Origin: Euprymna scolopes
Lineage: Eukaryota
Strand: one strand, 5' to 3'
DNA length: 54,105 nucleotides
Assembly (NCBI GenBank): GCA_053919585.1
Contig: CM132807.1
The position numbers and the translations under genes are program-made. The notes under the pieces were generated by a model, which ran no database searches, was not told the DNA's origin, and was given only the letters and a program-made list of their open reading frames with translations. This document shows, in pieces, positions 14,294-28,903 of the stretch; position 1 is the first letter of the stretch, and every line of letters starts with the position of its first letter.

Positions 14294-17200
14294 AATAACA
14301 GTATAGTTATATTTCAAACTCCAAATATTTATTTTTCATACAAAACAGTTCCTTCAGCATGTTAAAATTTTGGTACATATTTTACAGATCCATTTCGTTA
14401 TGAAGAACCCTTTTCTTCTTGCAACATAATAGTGTTATGCATTTTTTCTATCTAAGCAAAGAATTTCTAATTTTCTGAAGATTATATGCACGAAAAGAGA
14501 CGGTATTGACATAATAATAACTGTTTGTTTCTGCATAACAAAACGGATATGTAAAAAAATGTACTGAAATCTTAACATGCCGGAGGAGCTGTTTTAGCAT
14601 GAAAAAAATATTTGGATTCTGGAATGTAACTATACTATTATCCTTTTATATATGCCTTTTATATATGCTCTATTGTTATATTTAACATGCATCGAGCTTC
14701 TAAACAAAAAGGATTGGTATACCCATAGAATTAAATATAATTGAAAAAACATATTTTACAAAAAAAAACAATATATATATATATATATGGTAATAAGTAG
14801 TAAAACTGCACACCTAGGAAATACAGATTTTTTTTCTTTTTTTTTTACACAGTGGATACAACTTATCAAAGCCCGGAAGCCACTCAGGGATAAAGGTTAT
14901 TGCAAGTACATTACGTTAGTGTGGAGATTTGATGAAGTGTTTACTTAAGGGGGAGGTTCATTAGGAATTTGTTAACGTTGGACTTGAACACATCCAAGTT
15001 GTAGTCAAGTGGGAAGCAGGCAGACGGAACAGAGTTCCACAGGCGTGCAGTTCTAAGAAAGAAACTTTGTTCATGGAATCAATGTTTTGATTTAGGCACA
15101 GATAAAGAGTGGGGGCAATTTTTCACAGTGGATTCGGCTAGACGGGTGTTTTTGGTGAAAGATTAGCGAAGGGGAACCAGAGATTGGACTTCAGACGAGC
15201 ACCTGCCATGGAAATAACGATAAAACAAGGAAAGGCTCGCAACGTCTCTTCTGTGGGAGAGAGGTTGCAAGGTAGAGAAAAGGGCATCCCCACTAAGCCA
15301 CAAAGTCTATTTTGTACTCTGTCAAGGCAGGATAGGCTGTTTTTAGCAGCTCCTGCCCAGATATGGCAGCAGTATTCCATCCTTGGACGTACTTGGCTTT
15401 TATATAGATAGAGAATTGCATCAGTAGTGAGATATCTTCTGGAGCGGTAGAAGGATCCCACCATCTTTCCAGCGACCTTGGCAATAAACTTGAAGTACGT
15501 GTTCCATTTCAGATCAGGAGTAAAGGTCAAACCCAGAAGCTTGTCAAAACATGGGGCCTCTCCCAGACGAGAGCCATCCATCCCAATTGATGCCAGATGG
15601 GGATCAGAGCGTTGATGATGTAAGGCTAGGAGTTTGGTTTTAGATGCATTAAAGGTAACCAGTCATGTGTTCCCCCACTGAACCACGCGCTCGAGATCAG
15701 AGGAGAGAGAATCAGAGAGAACTTTGCCATTTACAGCCTTTGATGTGTTGCCGTAGATGGTCGTGTCATCAGCATAGATGTCAACGAATGATTTAAGTAT
15801 GTGTTTAGGGAGATCATTGATGTAGAAGCAGTTTTAAATATTGAAAAATTGAACTATTAGAAGTTTGGATAAAATGCTTTAAAGCACATGCTGGAACAAC
15901 GAAGTTATGAGATTGCCAGAAATCACCAACCTATTTTTGATAACTGTGTGATATGAAGCTATAAGAAAGATTTCACTAATCACTTATCTGACTGAAATTG
16001 AAAACGTAGCATTTACGAATTCAAAGAAGTAATTAAAAAAAGATTTAACTACAAATATGCAGTTTCATGTCATACTCAGAAGAGATTCTATTTGACTCAT
16101 TTATGAGATCCTACAATATCACTCTGCAATGTAGTGGAAGCTAGAGGATGATTATTTTCTAATGTTCTCAAATTCGTCTCTCACCATCTCAGTTTATTCA
16201 TTACATGTCGCTGGCAACTTCCTTTTTACAACTCAATATCTTGAAAAGCATGATTATGCGTGTACACCCATACACGCGCGTGTACACAAAAGACCCTCTC
16301 TTATTGCTTTTACCTTATGTGTTTAATAAACATATTATTTGTATATATTGTAACTCGGTTTTAACGTTCTCCTATTTGATGTCTCTCCTTTAAATGTACT
16401 TCTCGTAATGTTGGCTAATGTTCCCTTTTATTCGGAGTCGTACAAACACGTGTATCTGGCATATTAGAATATCTCTCTCCTCAACATGTTTACGGATCTT
16501 GCACAAATTGACTAACAGCCTACGTTACAAATCTTCTTTATACGATTTCTTTACATAACTGGAGTCTGGTAACTGGGAAACTTGTTCAAACTATGCTTTC
16601 TAATAATGATATTGGTACATCTGTTAAGCTTCTTTCTGATACCTGTACTTCTTTATTCCCCTGACAAAGTTATCCAATGATAGTTCTTAAACATTTGTAA
16701 TCATGCAATAGAAATAAGAACCCTAGTCTAGACGATCTGCATTCAAAAATACTCCAAGCACTCTCTCTACTCATTGTAGACCCTCTCATCCACGAGTATT
16801 TGTCCCATCATTCAAGAAAGGCGACACAAAATTACAGACCAGTTTCACTCACTTCTGTAATTTGAAAAGTATTTGGGACTCATGATATCTCATCTCCTGA
16901 CCATAGCACTAATTTCTTAAGTTCAACACTACTTCCCGAATTTCTTCATTATGGAGGAGTGGGTCACTAAAATTTTGGATGATAGCTATGCAGCAGACAT
17001 TGTCTTGCCTGACTTTACCAAAGCCTTTGATTCAGTGAATCATAGGCCTCTGCTCTACAAACTCCAGGCCTATAGATTTCAACCACATGTAGTAAGATGG
17101 ATAAGCATAAAACATCAATCAACATTTGAATGTACCTATCGGGGGAGGGTCATACTGGAGCCAGATAACGATTTCCACTGAACTTGTATCACTAGTGGAG

Positions 17201-20200
17201 GAGCAACATTCTCTGTCTGTGTTTAAGACGTAGTAATGATTTCTGTTGTAGCCATGATTGACGTTTTGGAGAAAATATTCAGACACAGCTTAGATGTATA
17301 TATCTTCCAACTTTTCATTTACATGGCTTGTTGCATTTTGCTGTTTTGCTAAAAAATTTGATTAGATTTAATTTTGAAAACATTGGGTTTCTTTTCATGC
17401 TCCGCCAATTTAATCCATTCTATCATATACAGCAATAAGAACTATCAATGCATTGTAAAGTCTTAATTTCAGAGGTATTGATTTTAAGAAGGTGATATGC
17501 TTTACGATATATTGGTTTTGTGGGGTTGGGTGGGACTGGTTTGAACTTTTAGTGCATACTAGAGAGATATTTGTTCAAACCTTAGGATTAAAGGTGATTC
17601 TTTGGTTTCTGTATATATAAACTTTACGTGCGTTTCGAATCTCAGCTTAAAACATGTCTAGCCACACAAAGGAACAAAGAAAGCTGGCTGCGGATGCATT
17701 TATGCACATGTTTGTTTTAGCTGAGTACTTATCATTTTAAGACTAACAAAATTATACCAAACTAGCTGAATCTTGTGGGAATTCCACATTGTTTTCTACA
17801 TCAATTGGTATAATTTACTGTTTATAATATTCTTTTTGAGATAAATGTCTGTCATGGTTAATACTATTAAGAAAAAAGACTCTCTTCCGTAAAAATAATC
17901 ATCAATATCAGCTAAATATTTTTAAAATAAATAAAACAAATATGCCTCTTCTTTATTTATTTAAAATTGTAGAAATTTAATTATTTTTACAACAAAGAAT
18001 ATTCTCTTTATTCTCATAAAAATAATTGTCAGCTAAATATTCTTCAAATCAATAAAATAAATGTCACTTTTTGAAATGTATTTATTTAAAATTGTACTGT
18101 TTTAGTTCATCAGATGACATAAGTTGATTATAAAATGCACCAAGTCTGAATTGTTTACCTTAGCGACATCATTATTAATCAGGAATCACCATCTTGGTTA
18201 ATCACAGAATCTTATTTGTTTTGATGCATGTGAAAGGTGATAATGTACATACATGAAATGCCTTAGAGTATTATTATATTGACAACACAAAAAGATATTT
18301 TTAAAGGTATGAAAAGCTCTCACCTTCACATCCCACTGGTTCTATAACACAGGCACCATTCCTATATGTAAACTCCTCTTTGCAGGTGCATATTTTATTG
18401 CATTCTGGAGAAACTGAACAATCGCTGTTACATCTTTTCAATACACAGTAACACTTTTCAGCACAATCTGAAACACAAGTAAAAACAGAAAAAAATATCA
18501 TCTCTTGAAAAAATATATCAAAACCAGTTATAGTTATTCATAGAATTGTTCACATAATCTCACTTGTCTATATTTGTATTTTTTGGCTGTACCTATTTGA
18601 GAATCTTCCATTTAAGCTACTATCTTCTCAAATCAATCCTTTTAAACAAATTTACAAAACATTTACATTATTAATACAATATCAATATACAAATTACATT
18701 TTATGAGAATTGGCAAAAGCTCTTAGAAGCATTATTAATAAAATTAAAAAGTGTGAATAAGCAGACCAGCGGTTTTAAAACCACATTAAGATTTTATAAA
18801 ACAAGCCTTAATTTTTATATTTTTTAACTTAGTTTTGGATAGTAAAATATCTATCATCAGAGAAGAAGGTTTTTATTTACGAAAAAGAAAGAAACAAAAG
18901 AAAATTCTTTCCTTTACTATCCGAAATTAATAAAAAATATTTGAAGTTAAAAAAAATTAAATATTTTATTTTTATAAAATATTTGCATCTTAACATAGTT
19001 TAAAAATATCTTGTCTGTTTATTCAAAATGTTTAATTTCATTAAGGATGCTTTTAAGAGCTTTTGACAATTCTCATATAACATTAAAGCACCCACACATA
19101 TAAAAAACTCAAATGAAAATTTATTTTCAACAATACTACATGTTACAACACCAGTACACATCTTTCATACAACGATACAAAGGGCACGAACATTTTATTT
19201 ATGAAAAAAAAGAAGAAAAACGACTCTTTCTTTCTAGTCATTGATGGATATGTTACTATTCGAAAGTAATAAGTTAAAAAAAGAACAATTGAATGATTCT
19301 TTTAATAAAATATTTGCATCTTAACATGGTTTTACAAAAGTCTGCCTTTTTATTCAAAATTTAAAAATTAAATTTTGTTAAATATTTCATCCAATAGTTT
19401 CCCCAAATCCCCTCTTAATTCTTTCATTTCTGAATTCATCCATCCAATTCTATCTGAAAATGTACTATACATTTGCTAATAGTAATCTGATTCGGCGACT
19501 TGTTCTAATGATTTATCACTCTGTTAGTCAAACAAATTAAATCTACATAATAAAGTAAAATCAATTTTTCATATTTACATTTAAAGATTATATCTCTGTA
19601 AATATAAGTGATATATAGAATTCAACTATGCACACTCTTTTTGCTGATTCTTGATGTGCTTTCTGAAAATATGCTCCCATTTTGTTTGCTTTCAGTAATT
19701 TCTATAATTTTTTCGACTCACCTGATTCTTCTAAAACAGTCAGAAATATAGGAAGTCTAATTAAGTTTTACTTCCACACAAAAAAAAATATTATTGCCAC
19801 CACCACAACCACCATCTTAAACTGAAAAATAATCTTCATACTTTTTCTTGATATTACTTTCATTATTTAATTTTTCTGACTCAATATTGATGCTTTCCTG
19901 CTATATTTTTATTAGATGAATACAAGTTGCCTTCTTTTGCTTTTGTGGTGATTTGATTCGCGATTTCAAAAAAATTTATGCGTTCAAGAATTGACCAAAT
20001 AAAAATAGAATGACTTGATTGTTCATTACCTACCGCATCCATTATTCCATACTGTTTGCATACAGTTAATACTCTCTTTCCTATTTTTCTCCTCATACAA
20101 TTTCTGTAAATACATAACCTTTCTTTCCCAGATGATGCCAAGTACCTTTAATTACTTATGTTTGTGTTTTCATACCTCCCTTTGCATTTATTTACATACT

Positions 20201-23200
20201 TTCCCAGTCATATATATTTTCCTATTCTAGAATACAAGACTACAATTAATGAATAGAAACATACAAATGGATAGTTTGAATAAGGCAGCTACATATTTTC
20301 TTTCCTTGTCCTACGGTTTCCATTTACCATTCTTTTTCTTATCTTTCACAACGAATGCCACTTATGTCCTTTAGTAATATTTCTGTAGCACCTCAGCCTA
20401 TCTTTCCTGCCTCTCCAAGGGTACATTCGGTCACTTACGTTTGTCATCTTAGTGCTCACTTGAGATATTAGTCAAAATCAATTTCTTGCTTTAACTATCC
20501 ATTTGTAATTTATTTGCATTATACCTCAGATGACTGATACAACATTTTTAATAAACGGTTGCTTTTATTATTTGGTTCCTACGAAAGATAATCTCTCTTT
20601 TAAACCGATTGCTAACCCTAAGTTCTCATGATAAAAATAAAAACCCAAGAACAAACTGAGAAAGCATGTACAAGAGTAATTTCCACCAGAACTTACAGTT
20701 AGTAGTAGGGTGAAGAGTTTTTCTTTTGTTTGACAAACGCTAATATTAACGCATAATTACGGACATTTTAACAATAAATATAAAAAATCTCAAAAAATAA
20801 AACAACAAATTATTTGCTGATACGCATTAATGCAATTTTATCTACAAATCCCATAAAATAAATTAGTGTTATGGGAATATTTCTTTAAGAAAATATGTTT
20901 CAGATCGTAGCCAAAAAATATTTTTGCTTGAACTATTCATTTGTGATCTATTTACATTATACCTCAGGACGAAAATGGAAATAATTTTTTTAAAGGGGAT
21001 ACACTTGGGATATTAGTTAAAAACAATGTTTTATTTTACTTTCTATTTGGGATCTATTTAGATTAAAACAATTATTTAATAAAAGTTATGAGCCGTTTAA
21101 GTTTGTATAAATATCGATTCTGAGCAAAGTAGCCCACTTTGTTTGCATTACTAGCTAAACAAACACTGTTACTTTGTCTATAATCGATAGTTACACAAAC
21201 TTAAAGGACCTGTAACTTCTATTACGTATTCAGTTTTGTATATACTAATGTTTATTTGTACCAAATATGGATTGCAAACAATTTTGAACTTTACTAATGA
21301 TTCCAAGAATGGCATATTTTGGAGTTCAGCCTGAATTAAGATTTATTAAAAAGATTGTTTTGCTCTATGCAAATAGCAAATGTTGGAGTAATTATACTAA
21401 AAATTGAATCACTCGTGTGTTAACAACGTGTAAAATACTGCAGAATGTTAATAAAGTTTGAGTTGTATGAACTGATGGTAAAATCGAAATGTTTAACTCA
21501 CCAGAAGGAGTAGTACTAGTCTCTGTAGTTGTGGCTGAAAATTAGAGCATAGAATTTTCAGTATTTTAATATTAGTCAATGTTAGTTAATCAACGATTAT
21601 TTTGTTAAGCTGTTTTTCTATATACTTTAATAACACAAAATATATGCTAAAATATTCATTCGTTCTAGAATTGAGTTATCCTATTCCCAAGCTGAAATTA
21701 ATTAAAGACAAACTAGTTGATCAGATTTAGTATAAAAATCAACGAATTCGAAAGAAACTGAAATTTATTTTATTTTTTCAGAAATATTTGACCTGACTCA
21801 TGGATGAAGCAGATTTTTATATGTAGATCTGTCAAAAGGAAAAATCGTATTCTACTTTATATATGAGAAAGATAATATAGGCATGAGAGATGCAAAGGTA
21901 CAGGTACAAACTCATAAATTGAACTTTAAATAAAGTGCTGATAAGACAGAAATCTTTAACTCACCAGAAGTAGTACTAGGCACTGTAGTTGTGGCTGAAA
22001 ATTAGAACAAATAATTTTCAATGTTTTAATATTCGTCAATGTTAGTTAACATTTTGTTTGTCTCACTAAAGCTGTTTTCCTATAAACACAAACATATAAA
22101 CACAAAATATATGCTAAAATACTGACTTGTTCTAGAATTAAGATATGTTAAAAAAACAAATCTATTTTCATTGTTCCGATTGGCCATATTTTGTAATTAA
22201 CTGAACATGTCACCTATCTCTCTTAACTATCAATATATCTCTATCGCTAATTCTCACTCAATATTAACTCAACCATTTCCTAATATTTCTAATTTTTTTC
22301 ACACTCCTTTATTTCCACTTTTTTTTATACACCTCAGCTTCTTTAATCCACTATCATGTCACCTATATCTTGGAGACCTTTTTGTTCACCCACAAATCTG
22401 CTCTGTTACATTTAAAAGTGTATCCATCAACTTCTTTCACTGTTTTTCTGAAATAGATCTGGTAAATGAGTATGCATACATTTGGTCTTTAAACTTGCAT
22501 TTTATGTGTCTTCTTTCACTGCTTCCTCCAAAGATGAACTTATTAATGGGCTTTTGAACTTAATTTTTATCAAGTTTGTGTAAAATAAAATATGGAGATA
22601 CAACTTTTTATTCTGTTTTAGATTTTTTTAGATGAAGTCTGATAATCCGTATCATTTATCTCGGATATTATTCTCATAATGTTTTGGTCAATGCAACATT
22701 CAACCTTCGTTAGATACATTTAACCAAATTCGGGAATATCTATGTCAAACTTTAGAATCTGTTTGAAATTTCGAACTAAACTCGTTATTTAATCTGCAAA
22801 GTAGATGATGTTCTGTTCTGTCAGTTACGACCGATAGAAGACTTCTGTAAATTTTAATGATAATTTCTTAGTATTGCCTGTACTGAGGATTGAACTTTTA
22901 ACCTCCAAAAGACTGTTACATAAAACTAATTATTACACAGCACTTTTTCTGTTACGTGAATGTTCAAAATTCTGTACAGATTCCCAAGTTCAACATAAAT
23001 ATTCCTAAGTTGAACAAGATGCACAAGAAGAATATCAAAGCTTACATTGGCCGAAACGTTGTGAGAATAACATCTAAGATGAGAACAGTAGTCCCAATAA
23101 TATAACTTTTTGTATTGTCTTTTTATTATCTAAAAAAAAAAAATGAATGTAAGAGTTAATAAAAACTGAGACAATAAGTAACCTTAGATATTATGAAAAC

Positions 23201-26200
23201 ATACAAAAATTCCTAAAAATGTAAATTAATTGTTGACATAGTCAATTGGAATCTTACTTGGAGAAGGCACACATGAAAGACAACAGGATCCGGTAGGACG
23301 TTGAGGTGTGTAACCCTGAAACAAAAGTGTATTACTGATTAAAATTAACATTTCATGAATATCATGTATAACAGTGAATAGTTATTAATAATCAGCAGGA
23401 CTACATGGCATTGTTCAAGATCTTAATTTCCATATATTATGTAGATTACACTAAAATATCAAATTAAAACTTATCAATCTTAATATTGCAATGCTTATTT
23501 TGATACAAAAATAAGTGAAAATAATTATGCCCGGGTAAAGTTTGAACTCACAAGCTCTAAGGAGCAGTAACCAACTGATCCGTGAGGAAAAGTATGAAAT
23601 TCACATAAACCAAACTGTCTTTTATTTCTTCTTCCTTTCCCCCTCTACCTTTATAGTTGAATGTCAATCAGTCAAAAGCAATGGAAGAAAGAGAAGAAAT
23701 AAAATCAAAAGCAAAATCAAGATTTTTTTTCCTTCTTTTTTATCAGTGAATATAAAAAAAAATTATTTAATTAATACCAGGTGATTTGAATAGCAGTATT
23801 AGGACTTCTAATTGAGAGGGTAAGAAATTTTATTCCTTCTTTTAAGACTAAAATAAAATATTCACTAAGATTAAATATAACAATCAATGAAATCAATTGA
23901 AAATTAAATATTGTTTTTGAATCAATATTTGCCATAAATCACCAATTAAAGAGATTTTATGTAGCTTATAGCAAAAGAGCTATTGATCACAGAAATATGA
24001 GAGGTCGACATAAGATTATATATAAGATTCTGTGTTCAAGAATAAACATTGAAACAGAATCAATCATTGATATTTAATACTATCTATAAGGGTAATAATA
24101 GGGACAGCAACTTTTGCAATCACAGAATTAGGGACAGAACCACACTATCATGAATAGGAAACAAAATCTCTTATTTTAAGCAAAAATAATTATTATTCAA
24201 TCTTTTTCCTCCATTTTATTTTGTAATTTATTCAAAATTCAATAAATTAATGTGATTCTGTAAAAAATAAAGAGCTAAAATATATCTGTTCCAGGATGAC
24301 AAAAATCAATTCCATGAAGAGAACACTTTTGTACCAATTTTATGCTCCTTTACAAAGATCAAAGTCTACATATAATGCTACTAAACTTTATGTAGAAAAT
24401 CTTTACACTAATTTTTATACTAAGTCTATTACATGATTTTGATTCTAAAAATGTCTCAAGTTAATACGGTCTTAAGAAGAAACTGAAATTGAAGGAACCT
24501 TAATTGGTGTCTAATAATTATAAATTAAATTTAATGCAAATTTGAAACATTGATTTTTTAAGTGTTTATATTATACCATCTAAAAACTTTTTAAAATAGT
24601 CCAAAGAAACTGAAATTTAGGGAATATTTATTAATAAATTCCTAATATCTATTGTTAAAATTGCACAGATTCCATTAAGAACTTCTATCCCGTCTTTTCC
24701 TCCTTTTTTTTACATAGGCATCACCGCTTATTAAGACCCAGAGGCTACTCGAGGATAAGGGTTAAAGAGTATACAGTAATCAATTGGACAATATAGTAAT
24801 CGTTAGTAATGGAAATTCGGTAAATTTGTTAACTTAAGTAGAACGGCTCATCAAGGACTTGTTTACGTTGGACTTGAAGACAACCATATTGTAGTCACCT
24901 GGAAAGCAGGCAAACGGAAGACAGTTCCACAGGCGTGCAGTTCTAAGAAAGAAGGTTTGTTCCTGGAATCTACGTTTAAGTCTAGGCACAGATAAAGAAT
25001 GGGGAGAATTATTGATAGTCTTTTCAGCTAGAAAAGTGTTTCCTGTGAAAGTTTGGCAAGGGGGACCATAAATTCGCGCTCAGACAAGCACTTGCCATAA
25101 AAATAACGATAAAACAGAGACAAACTCGCAGCATCCATTCTGTGAGAAAGAGATTGCAGGGAAGAGAAAAAGACATTCCCTATGAGGCTATGAAGACTAT
25201 TTTGAACTCTATCAAGGCAGGATAAGTCATTTCTAGCAGCTCCTGCCCAGATGTGGCAACAGTAATCCATCCTTGGATGTACCTGGCTCTTATATAGATA
25301 GAGAATTGCATCAGCAGTAAGATATCTACTGGATCGATAGAAGGATCCCACCATTTTTCCAGCGGCCTTGGCAACAGATTTGATGTATGTATTCCATTTC
25401 AGATCCGGAGTAAAGGTCAAGCCCAGAAGCTTGTCAAAACATGAAGCCTCTCCAAGAAGTGGGTTTCGTCAAGGAGGATCATTCATTTAGACTGAGAAAT
25501 ATGCAACATATATTCTCAACCAACACACTTTAATAATAGTCTACTTCATTAAAGATTTCTCATCAACTGAAAATTGAACATAAAACGTAATTAACCAAAT
25601 GTCAAAGACGGCAATATAGTGAACAAAAAGTGACTAATTTTGTCTTTTTTTATTTAAAATAATTTAAACTAGCTTTGCAAACTACTTTTTCCTGATTCAA
25701 AGAATTTTACTCAAGCCAAATAGATGACCCAACGGTTCACGTTTTCCAGATGATGCAGCCTTGATTTCTGATGTCACGTCATGGTTGGAGGGCCAACCTG
25801 GGGTGTTCTACAAAAACGGCCTCCAGAGCTGCATCAAACGATGGGAGAAATGCATAAATCTGTGTGGTTCCTATGTAGAGAAAGATAATAACTGTGCCAA
25901 GGTTTGTTGCTCTACTGCTATAGGAAGTGGGTCAGGGGCATTACTGATTGCATACCCCTCGTAATACAAAGATAATAATTGGTGATAAACAACAACAAAA
26001 AAAAAAAAAGAAAAAAAGAAAAAAGGCTGATACTTTGCAAATGGATTAAAAGCTAAATTAAAGAAGGTAGAAAAATATCTAGTATGAATTTTCCATCTTG
26101 TCAGGTTTCAATCAAAAATAGTTCTTTTTACTTACTTCTATACAGAGAATTTCTGGACAATTTGCTGATTTGTTCCTGTTTACAATGTTATTGTCCACAC

Positions 26201-28868
26201 AGGATTGTGTAGTACAGAGAACATCATCTGGATGCGGCCATGACTCATCTGGCTGAAAACAACAACAACAAAGAAACGTATATATGTATTTTTCTTCATA
26301 TTTTTCTCTTCGGTGGTCTTAATTGAATAATAAATGGAGAAAAAATAACATTTTGTGTCTTGGGTGTTCATTGATTGATTTTGTTTTACGGCATATCAAC
26401 CCTGCCTTGGGTGTTCAGGTAAGTGAAATACATTCTTGTAATCAGAATGACTAACTTTGGTTAAAACTCATGGTAATTAGTACTGTCTTACTAGTTTGAT
26501 GATTTACAGTCAAGCATAATGAATATAATTTCTGGAAATAATTTATAAACATACATCATTGAAATAATTTATGAAAAAATAGGCAAAAAGAAAATAAAGA
26601 TCTAAAAGCAACACACCTGATGGGTTACACCATTAGCATCAATGCAGTCACACTCGCGTTGATCAATGCACTCGGTTCCATTAAAAGCTGTTCCTCCATA
26701 ACATTCACAACATTCTTGCTTATTCTTTGGGAAACATGACGCCCGCTGACTGTGGCACACTTTGGAACGACAACCGTTACATGGTTCTTCTCGACGTTCA
26801 AATTCATCTTCATTACATGTAGCTGACAAAAGAAAAAAATTTGCAATTACAATGACATGAATGTAAAGCTATTTTATTAAGTTTTGCTAGTAATATATGT
26901 GGCTGATGGTAGATTTGTTATCATTGGGTCAAACAGGGTATCTGTTTGGATTTTCTGTAACGTTACCCAACATGTAGTAGCCTCAGTTACAAAGCAGACA
27001 AAGAATAGAAAAGAACTCCAACTCGCTTTTTTTTGTTGTACAACAATATTTATTTCCTCATTCTCCTGCCATGTATGACTTTTCATTACGGCTGTCATGT
27101 CACGCACGTATCTCAAACGTGATCGTCTTCTCAAACGTCATCCACATCTCTAATGTAATTGTCTTCTCGAACATGCTCCCTCGATTTTATAGTCTTCTTT
27201 TTCCTTACCATGATGCCATTTCACTCACAGCTCGATATTTGCATATAGCTGTCCATGCTATGTTACATTTCTACCAGTAAATGTTTTAGTATTCTAGAAA
27301 CCAAAAATGCCATACAAAATTAATGTCTATAAAAGTAGATCTAAATATAAAATCAAAAAGGTAAAATAAGAAACCTTTCTTGGTAAACTGACAACATATG
27401 TAAAAGGTATAAACTAAAAATAAATAGGATACATAATAGCAATTAATGTTCTACCTAGTTTAAATGTGAAAATAATGTAGTCCCAATCTTCGGGTGATGA
27501 TTTGGTCAAATAAAGAGTCAGTTTTTAAGGTGAAAAAATGTGGTCATAAAGTGAATCTTTTCTTTTGAAATTCAGCTCCAAGAGATAAAGTCTTTGTTGC
27601 TTGTCCAGATCATTGTAAGATGTATCAATATCAGCTTTTTTAGCCCTGAAAGTGCCAACAAGTTAAAAAATTTAATAATTTATTTAATAGAAATAGATTA
27701 ACCTATTTTTCATCTCTATTCAACATTTCAGCTGTTGACTTTTTTTTTAAAATCTTATTTGGAGTTGATGTCACCATGTATGGGGATCTGTTTATTATTA
27801 TATGTTTTGTGTGTCTTTTTTTGTAAATATTTAACATTTTACGCTTCCATGTACATTTTTTGTGTTCATATCGATCCTTTGTTTTAAATTGCAGTTTTCA
27901 AAGCTGTATATATATCTATTGGAACATAATTTCCACAATCTAACAGTCATCTTACACGAAATACAAACGCTATGGAATCACAATATGTTAGCCTTAAAGC
28001 TCATCATATGCATTCATCCTAGAAATACTTAAAAAAGATGATAAACTCAGACTCTCATAAATTAGTTAATAAGCAGTCTACTTGAAGTCTTTTCAGCAAC
28101 CATCCTGATCGACTTCATGTTTGCAACTCTTTTTTTTCAATTATGGTTCCCAATATTGGATCTAATCATTATCGTCGATATCAAATGCATAACATCTCAT
28201 TCATATTAACTCTCATTGATTTTAAAAGCAAAATATGTACTTTCTTAAAACATAATGTTTTATGATGTTCAGAAAACACTATTCGATTTCTGGACCCTTT
28301 CAGAACATTAACTTGGTTTGTTATTTTGTAATGTTTTATACAAAAATTAGTTCCAAGTTTGTCAGGTGACAATAAGAACATGATTATATTGTCAATATAC
28401 GCCTCTCTGACAGCTTCTGACATCTAAGTCTAACTCTCAGTTTGCTTGTGTGGCTTTGACATAAGCCTGGTGGAATTGTGACTACTGAAAAGAAGAAAGA
28501 GTGAAAGGCGAGTTACCTAGCACCTAGAACCAGTGCTTTGGTGCTAATCAGTCTGAGAAGAAAGAAAACTTTTATCTTAAACCTCTAACTGCCTTACAAC
28601 TTTACCCACTAATACAAAATGTTCTGAGAGTCAACGCGAGGAAATAAAATTGAGCCATAATTTCTAAGATTGTCCAAGGTTGTGTATAGCACGTTCTGGC
28701 AACTCTTGTGATTAACCGGAAACTATGTGTATTGGTGCTTGCCTTTCCAATGAACCATTCCAGTAACGTGAAAACGAGGGTTGAATTAAAATGTGTGAAC
28801 TTGAATTGTTTATATAAAGTGTCAGTTATGCACAATAGACCGATAGATGAAGCAGACTACCCAGAACA

Positions 28869-28903
<35 letters not shown>

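Noticed and set aside
15138-15581. 147-aa ORF as a host gene (also 25028-25420 and 40092-40361)
   Set aside because: Frameshifted multi-copy LINE RT fragments.
28370-28485. Exon-like segment after a strong CAG acceptor
   Set aside because: All frames hit stops and there is no convincing donor.
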